Shown piece after piece: positions 14,353 to 19,401 of a stretch of DNA of 19,401 bases. Origin of the DNA: a virus; UHGV virus genome UHGV-0140152; one strand, given 5' to 3'. The first letter of the stretch is position 1. Each line of letters begins with the position of its first letter. The translations under genes were made by a program, and so were the position numbers. The notes beneath the pieces are model-generated. The model made no database searches. It was not told where the DNA came from and saw nothing but the letters and a program-made list of their open reading frames with translations.

Positions 14353-15912
14353 CTAATCTCGTTTCAGAACTCCAAAATCGAATGTGCCATCAATTGGCAA
14401 TACACCTTCTGCAAAGCCAGGTGTGGTGTCGATGATGTGTTTTCGCTCATAAGAGTGAGACAACAGGTATTTGTTGCTAATGTCAATGAAATCAGTGATA
14501 AAACACACGTTTGCCTGATTTTTTTTTGCTCGTAAGCCACGACCGACACGCTGTCTCATTTCAACTTCTGCTTTCCCACCACCAGCAAGAATGACCGCGC
14601 CCACGCTTGGCACATCAACACCGACATCCAGAATAGTCGAGCCTATTAAAACATCTATTTCGCCAGACGCTAAACTGTTCAGCTTTGCTTGCCTTGTCGT
14701 CTGGTTCGATTCCCCATAGATGAAGTCAACTCTAAGGCCGGACTCTTTCATCATCTCCATCAGGATTTGCCCGTGGCGTTTAAGACGAACCAGAGTCATG
14801 CAGTTGAGAGAATGTTGCTTATAGAGCAATGCTTCTCGTACTATGGCCTCGTTTCGTCCCAAATTATACACGATCCCCAACTGATAAGCTTTTTGGTAGG
14901 CAGTGCTCATACCTACCCTAAAATTGAGGTGTTTGTTGGCAAGTTCTGCCTTGATTCTGACCTCGTCTGGTTTGTAGGCAACTTTATGATAAAGGAAATA
15001 TGGCTTTGCCAGAATACCTCTATCAATCAGGTATTTTTCTGTAACTTTAATTTCAATTCGCCCGGCCACAGCCATCAGACGCATGTTGGCTTCTGTAGAA
15101 GCCTTCATGAACGGCGTTGCCGTAAGCGCCAGGCGATAGTCTGCGTTCGTACATAATCTGGCAATGTCATAGAAATTAGAGCCTGAAGACTCATGCGCCT
15201 CTTCCAGAATAAGAAGAGAGACACTTGAAAGGAAGCGCTTCACTAACTCCTGACGTTTGAGGTGGTAGCTCTTCTTATCTGGTGTTGCATCGCGTGGTGG
15301 TTCTTCGAGGAAACTTGCAATAGTTTGAACTGTAGCGACGTTGATATGTCGTGATACCTGAAACTCACCCGAGCCAATGATTCCAACCTTTTGGTCTTTT
15401 AACCACGGTTCGCCATTTTTGGCGCGGTAGTCGATGGATCTCTGGAAGTTTTCGGCCATCTGAAACATCAGAACAGATCGGGTTGTTAAAAATAATGTCA
15501 TTCGACCGATACGTGCAGCTGCTTTGCAGGCAACGTTAGATTTCCCACCACCAGTAGCGATCTGCGCAATCATCATTCCCTCGCGAACCAGTGTTTCCAC
15601 AGTCTGATCCTGATACGCATAATCAGGATTGTATGGGAATGGGTTAACCGCCGGATTTGGCTTTCCAAGCGCCGGGGCTTTGTCTTTGCGGATATGAACA
15701 CATTTGATGCCCGCCTTGTTCAAGTTCGCCGCTACAGGCTTGGCAAAGCCAGCAGGGAACGAGTTTTTACTCCAGTGGAACATCGTGCTTGTGCCCTTCC
15801 AGTCGCCAGTGTCGACTTCGTAGCTCAACATCTGTTGCACCAGTTGCTTTACCTTGTCATCTGCGCCAGAAATAAGCGCATTTACTGCGTTAGATACAAT
15901 CCGAACAGTCAT
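14353..15912 (-). CDS. SF2 DEAD/DEAH-box helicase (519 aa)
   Basis: Walker A ATGGGKS, motif II LILEEAH (DEAH variant), motif III LTATP, motif VI QRVGRGLR. About 110-aa N-terminal extension of unknown function. Confidence 0.85.
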   Translation of the reverse strand: MTVRIVSNAVNALISGADDKVKQLVQQMLSYEVDTGDWKGTSTMFHWSKNSFPAGFAKPVAANLNKAGIKCVHIRKDKAPALGKPNPAVNPFPYNPDYAYQDQTVETLVREGMMIAQIATGGGKSNVACKAAARIGRMTLFLTTRSVLMFQMAENFQRSIDYRAKNGEPWLKDQKVGIIGSGEFQVSRHINVATVQTIASFLEEPPRDATPDKKSYHLKRQELVKRFLSSVSLLILEEAHESSGSNFYDIARLCTNADYRLALTATPFMKASTEANMRLMAVAGRIEIKVTEKYLIDRGILAKPYFLYHKVAYKPDEVRIKAELANKHLNFRVGMSTAYQKAYQLGIVYNLGRNEAIVREALLYKQHSLNCMTLVRLKRHGQILMEMMKESGLRVDFIYGESNQTTRQAKLNSLASGEIDVLIGSTILDVGVDVPSVGAVILAGGGKAEVEMRQRVGRGLRAKKNQANVCFITDFIDISNKYLLSHSYERKHIIDTTPGFAEGVLPIDGTFDFGVLKRD

Positions 15913-15976
15913 AAACCTCTTTCCTTAGTGCCTTTTGTATGTTATTTGGCTATTATAATAAGTAAGCAATTACTTA
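15913..15976. promoter_or_regulatory. compact divergent promoter region with palindromic operator
   Basis: Self-complementary tattataata containing TATAAT on both strands, followed by the palindrome TAAGTAA-gcaa-TTACTTA at about 15959-15976. Confidence 0.5.
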
Positions 15977-16675
15977 GTGGATTGTAGCAATAAAATGGAT
16001 GTAAAAATTACGATTTTGCAGGTTGATGTTGCCAACCTTCGCCCGAATACCTGGAACACCAATTCGGTTGGTGCGCAGAATTTTGAAAAACTGAAAGGTT
16101 CTATCGAAAAATTAGGCTTTTTTAAACCAATTTTGGCTCGTGAAATTGAAGATGGATTTTTTGAAATCCTCGGTGGCGAACATCGCTGGCGTGCCGCTAT
16201 TGAGCAAGGAATTTCAACGGTTCCAGTGCTTTCTGTGGGCAAAATTAGCGATGTCGTAGCTAAACAGATGTCACTGGTGGACAACGAGCGATATGGTGAA
16301 GACGACCAAATCGCATTGCAACGCTTCATTGAAGAAATTCAGTCAGAACTTGACTATCAACTGTCTGAAATCGCCCCGTATGACGACGAAATCTCGATGG
16401 TTTTAGCAAAAGAGGCGGCAATCGACCTTGAAGCACTGGAGGCGTTGTCTCGTGGTAGTGATGAGCCTGTCGATACCGACAAACGAGAGAAAACCGAACG
16501 TGTGGGGGCGGAACATCAGACCATGCGCTTCAAAGTAACTTTCGATGCGTCAGATCGTGTTGCAGAAACCATAAAAAACATCATCAAAGAGCAGGCTATT
16601 AACACCGGTAATGAAATGGAGAACGCTGGTGAGGCTCTGGTGTGGCTGGTCGACTACTACAAGGAGCGTATGTAA
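15977..16675 (+). CDS. ParB/Srx-like N-terminal domain protein (about 226-232 aa)
   Basis: ParB-box-like motif ILGGEHRWRAAIEQG. The track start at 15977 is GTG; an alternative ATG lies at 15995; no strong RBS for either. Confidence 0.7.
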   Translation: MDCSNKMDVKITILQVDVANLRPNTWNTNSVGAQNFEKLKGSIEKLGFFKPILAREIEDGFFEILGGEHRWRAAIEQGISTVPVLSVGKISDVVAKQMSLVDNERYGEDDQIALQRFIEEIQSELDYQLSEIAPYDDEISMVLAKEAAIDLEALEALSRGSDEPVDTDKREKTERVGAEHQTMRFKVTFDASDRVAETIKNIIKEQAINTGNEMENAGEALVWLVDYYKERM

Positions 16676-17343
16676 TGACCAAAAAGTTTGAAATCGTATA
16701 TCGCGACCCGGCAGATCTTATTCCCTATGAGATGAATGCCAAAAAGCATGATGAACAGCAGATCCGAGATCTGGCCGCAGCCATTAAAAAGCGCGGATTT
16801 GACCAGCCAATTACGGTCGATAAGAACGACGTAATTATTACTGGCCACGGCCGCCGTGAGGCTGCAATTTTTGCTGGACTTGAGCGCGTACCGGTTATTG
16901 TTCGCGATGATCTCAGTGATGACGAGGTTCGTGCGAAGCGCCTTGAAGATAACCGACTTGCCAGCATTGATTACGATGCAATTAAGCTACAGAAAGAGCT
17001 TGAGTCGCTTGTTCTGGACGATATCGAGGTTTTCGGCTTTGAAGAGCGTGAGTTGAATGTTCTCGTTGGCAGCATGACAGAAGAAATGGACACCGACTCG
17101 CTAGTTATCGATCTGGGCGAAGAAACTAAACGACAGAAGGATGAACACACCGAGATCAGTCGTGAAGTTGCAGCGGAAGAAGTACGTGTTGTCGACGTAT
17201 TGGGCTTTAAAACGCTCCCTGCTGGCTCTGCCATTGTTGTTGGTGATTTGCTTGCCCACATGGAAGAAATGACGAGAGAAAGCGGGGTAGACGCATTTGT
17301 GGCATATGCGGAGAAGATCTCTTCCGGGGAGATGGCTGCATGA
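16675..17343 (+). CDS. second ParB/Srx-like domain protein (222 aa)
   Basis: Motif IITGHGRREAAIFAG. Preferred start is the ATG at 16675 within track ORF 16642..17343, 8 nt after AAGGAG and overlapping the upstream stop by 1 nt. Acidic C-terminal half. Confidence 0.75.
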   Translation: MTKKFEIVYRDPADLIPYEMNAKKHDEQQIRDLAAAIKKRGFDQPITVDKNDVIITGHGRREAAIFAGLERVPVIVRDDLSDDEVRAKRLEDNRLASIDYDAIKLQKELESLVLDDIEVFGFEERELNVLVGSMTEEMDTDSLVIDLGEETKRQKDEHTEISREVAAEEVRVVDVLGFKTLPAGSAIVVGDLLAHMEEMTRESGVDAFVAYAEKISSGEMAA

Positions 17344-18005
17344 GCAAATACATCATCAACGTATCGTTTCAGACACGCGTAAATAAAACCACGCGCACGT
17401 TGGAAATCGCTGAGTCGTTCGGGCTTGGCCTGGACGAAAAAGAGTGGACGCTTTACGACAATCTGGAGCTGGAAGTGAAGCAGGGCGATGTGGTGTACAT
17501 CACCGGCCAATCCGGTTCAGGTAAATCCGTTGTGTTGCGCGAGCTGCAACGCCAGATGAAGGATGAAGGGCTTTCTGTAGCTTCTATTGATGACTTTACC
17601 TTCGATAATGAGGTTAACGTCATTGACCAACTGGGCAAAACTACCAGTGATGCGCTTGGGTTGTTATCTATGGCAGGTCTGAACGATGCATATCTGTTTG
17701 TTCGCAAGCCTTCTGAAATGTCAGACGGTCAGAAATATCGTCTCAAGATTGCCAAACTGATTGAGTCAGGCGCTAAAGTGTGGGCTGCTGACGAGTTCGG
17801 TGCTGTTCTCGATCGTGTAACCGCTCAGGTTGTGGCATCTAACCTCCAGCGTGCCGCTCGAAAGGTTGGTGCGACGGTAATGGTGGCGACGACTCACGAA
17901 GACTTGAAGAACGCGCTGCGCCCGGATATGCAGATCACCAAGCACTACAAAGAACGCGTGAAGGTGGAGTATCACAATGGTAGTCATGATGAGGCTCATT
18001 CATGA
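17340..18005 (+). CDS. stand-alone ABC-type ATPase, nucleotide-binding domain only (221 aa)
   Basis: Walker A GQSGSGKS, signature-like SDGQKYR, Walker B plus D-loop VWAADEFGAVLD, H-loop ATTHE. No permease gene nearby; start overlaps the upstream stop. Confidence 0.8.
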   Translation: MSKYIINVSFQTRVNKTTRTLEIAESFGLGLDEKEWTLYDNLELEVKQGDVVYITGQSGSGKSVVLRELQRQMKDEGLSVASIDDFTFDNEVNVIDQLGKTTSDALGLLSMAGLNDAYLFVRKPSEMSDGQKYRLKIAKLIESGAKVWAADEFGAVLDRVTAQVVASNLQRAARKVGATVMVATTHEDLKNALRPDMQITKHYKERVKVEYHNGSHDEAHS

Positions 18006-18892
18006 CGGACATCATCATTAAACGCTACCGCCCTGAAGAGTTTCCGCGTCATCTGGACTTTCTGGAGCGAATGACAGTCACAAAGGGAACTGTAGAGGAC
18101 TGGCACGCTCTTAAGTCGCTTCACTACAAAACAGACGGCAAACCTTTCGCGCCAACTTACTATCGCTGCGAACTTGACGACCGTCTGGTGGGCGTCGTGG
18201 TTATGGCTTACCCGAAACTACTGCTGGCACCTCGCCACCGCATGTTTCCTAAGTTGAAACCAACCACCAATACCACCGTGGCTAACCAGTACTGGGGTCG
18301 GTACGTGAATAACAACTTTGCGGTGATCAGTCGCTCAGTTGTGGATACTCAGTATCGTGGCGTAGGCGTCTCTTATCGAATGATTAACCTGGTTAGCAGG
18401 ATGCATGACCGGCCAATCATTGAGATCCAGTCCTCGATGAGCAAATACAATCCCTTCGCCATGAAAGCAGGGTTTAAGTTCATCCGCCCTGAGCGACCGA
18501 AGAGCTATGAAAGTGCACTGCGTGTTTTCCAGCGTCATTTTCGCTCCGACCCGGGTGATAACGAGGCGATCGTCAAAGAGTTGTTCGCAATGAGCGAGTC
18601 ACGTCGTCGCCGTGCACTGCGTGATATGGTGGCGGACTACCACAAGAACAGTTCCCTGGCAAAAGCTGGGCGGAATCGTGGCACGACGATTCAGGACATT
18701 GCCGACAGTCTGGTGGACGAGGCCAGCATTGTGAAGCTGCTCAAGGACATTCACAACCTGAGCTTTACGTCTCCGCTGTATGGTGTGTACCGAAACCCTG
18801 ACTTTGGTCGTCGACTGCCTGACACGCTGCCACTGCTGGCATTCGACAAACAACCTTTGGATAAACCGTTAGAAATTGCTTTACCGGCATAA
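18002..18892 (+). CDS. GNAT-like acyltransferase-fold protein with C-terminal extension (296 aa)
   Basis: Motif-A-like AVISRSVVDTQYRGVGVSYRMINLV and motif-B-like YNPFAMKAGFKFI; start overlaps the ABC ATPase stop. Confidence 0.55.
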   Translation: MTDIIIKRYRPEEFPRHLDFLERMTVTKGTVEDWHALKSLHYKTDGKPFAPTYYRCELDDRLVGVVVMAYPKLLLAPRHRMFPKLKPTTNTTVANQYWGRYVNNNFAVISRSVVDTQYRGVGVSYRMINLVSRMHDRPIIEIQSSMSKYNPFAMKAGFKFIRPERPKSYESALRVFQRHFRSDPGDNEAIVKELFAMSESRRRRALRDMVADYHKNSSLAKAGRNRGTTIQDIADSLVDEASIVKLLKDIHNLSFTSPLYGVYRNPDFGRRLPDTLPLLAFDKQPLDKPLEIALPA

Positions 18893-18901
18893 GGATTTGC
18901 C

Positions 18902-19168
18902 ATGACGTTAACCGACAAACAAAAGGACATAATCAAAACGCTCAATCTCGGTTATGAGCGAGGTCATCTACTTGATCTGGACGAATTGCTTGAAGTTTTG
19001 CCGTACAAGACAACCAAGCAAAGTATCCAGTTCTCAATTCGCGCTCTGATAAAAAAGGGGCTGGTGGAGAAAGGGCATACGCGTCAACGCAGTGACAATC
19101 GCTATCACCGCCGGACTCTTGGGTTAACCACTTTAGGTCGAGCCAAAGCGAAGTTACTGGTGATGTAA
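18902..19168 (+). CDS. small basic protein, possible winged-helix DNA-binding regulator (88 aa)
   Basis: Track ORF; start 9 nt after the upstream stop; HTH-like segment TTKQSIQFSIRALIKKGLVEKG; last gene of the operon. Confidence 0.5.
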   Translation: MTLTDKQKDIIKTLNLGYERGHLLDLDELLEVLPYKTTKQSIQFSIRALIKKGLVEKGHTRQRSDNRYHRRTLGLTTLGRAKAKLLVM

Positions 19169-19170
19169 TC

Positions 19171-19267
19171 GGTCTGGGAGCTTATTTAAAGACCTGCTTC
19201 TGTATATATAAATAATAAGTAACTTAATAAATATATACGGAAGCAGGCTTAATAAGACATGCCCAGA
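19171..19267. repeat. structured palindromic element, copy 2
   Basis: ggtctgggag ... CCTGCTTCTGTATATAT-aaataataagtaacttaataa-ATATATACGGAAGCAGG. One C-to-T change in the left arm would keep a G-U pair in RNA. Confidence 0.7.
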
Positions 19268-19282
19268 TTCAATTAAACACAC

Positions 19283-19345
19283 CAGTAAACAAGTTGGTTA
19301 ATAGATGCAGTAAACAAGTTGTTTTAGAGCGCATGGACGCGCTCT
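19283..19345 (+). promoter_or_regulatory. direct repeats and operator-like palindromes upstream of the next gene
   Basis: cagtaaacaagttg twice; the second copy forms AAACAAGTTGTTT, identical to the palindrome at about 2686-2699. Followed by the hairpin AGAGCGC-atggac-GCGCTCT. Confidence 0.45.
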
Positions 19346-19364
19346 ATGTGTTTTAGAGGGATCT

Positions 19365-19401
19365 ATGACTGTCGAAAAAGACGAGGTGAAAACTCGCCTG
19401 A
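19365..19401 (+). CDS. 5' end of a gene running off the window (MTVEKDEVKTRL...)
   Basis: ATG 6 nt after GAGGG, open to the window end. Only 12 codons visible. Confidence 0.4.
   Translation, partial: MTVEKDEVKTRL

Noticed and set aside
14364-15156. ORFs 14364..14549 (-) and 14689..15156 (+) inside the helicase gene
   Set aside because: Nested within or antisense to the 519-aa helicase ORF, which has complete SF2 motifs.
15694-16329. ORFs 15694..15987 (+) and 15970..16329 (-)
   Set aside because: They span the divergent promoter and are antisense to the helicase or ParB genes.
16657-17999. Several minus-strand ORFs (16657..16848, 16725..16967, 16971..17510, 17453..17707, 17766..17999) and the plus-strand 16856..17056
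   Set aside because: All antisense to or nested in the tightly coupled ParB / ABC ATPase operon; S/R-rich translations typical of antisense frames.
18335-18945. Minus-strand ORFs 18335..18538, 18599..18853, 18751..18945
   Set aside because: Antisense to the GNAT-like gene and the downstream small gene.
1-19401. CRISPR array, tRNA or rRNA genes, integrase or transposase
   Set aside because: No regularly spaced identical direct repeats with unique spacers, no tRNA-like T-arm (GTTCGAATC-type) context, and no ORF with integrase or transposase motifs found in either strand.

Overview
This 19.4-kb enterobacterial window opens with the last 41 codons of metG and then runs into what looks like a horizontally acquired accessory island. 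No rRNA, tRNA, CRISPR array, integrase or transposase was recognised. All functional calls are motif-based from reading the sequence and the supplied ORF track; no search was run. Hand-derived coordinates may be off by 1-2 nt, because at one point (near 18001) my count disagreed by 1 nt with the track. The island contains: (i) 288-7955, an array of small, individually terminated plus-strand genes behind recurring AACAA-N-TTGTT palindromes, including a Phd/StbD-RelE/StbE toxin-antitoxin pair and two cassettes with near-identical leaders; (ii) 7960-8570, a repeat-rich non-coding region with GAAACGGC iterons and hairpin arrays; (iii) 8571-10258, three hairpin-separated minus-strand genes; (iv) 10550-13292, an AT-rich minus-strand block with a lipoprotein, a McrA-like HNH nuclease and a paralogous N-domain-only gene, each of the last two behind a duplicated promoter carrying a perfect TGTGA-N6-TCACA palindrome; (v) 13440-15912, an SF2 DEAH helicase / RHH / unknown operon; (vi) 15977-19168, divergent from (v), a five-gene operon encoding two ParB/Srx-like proteins, a stand-alone ABC ATPase, a GNAT-like protein and a small wHTH protein. 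The best candidates for an undescribed system are blocks (iv), (v) and (vi).
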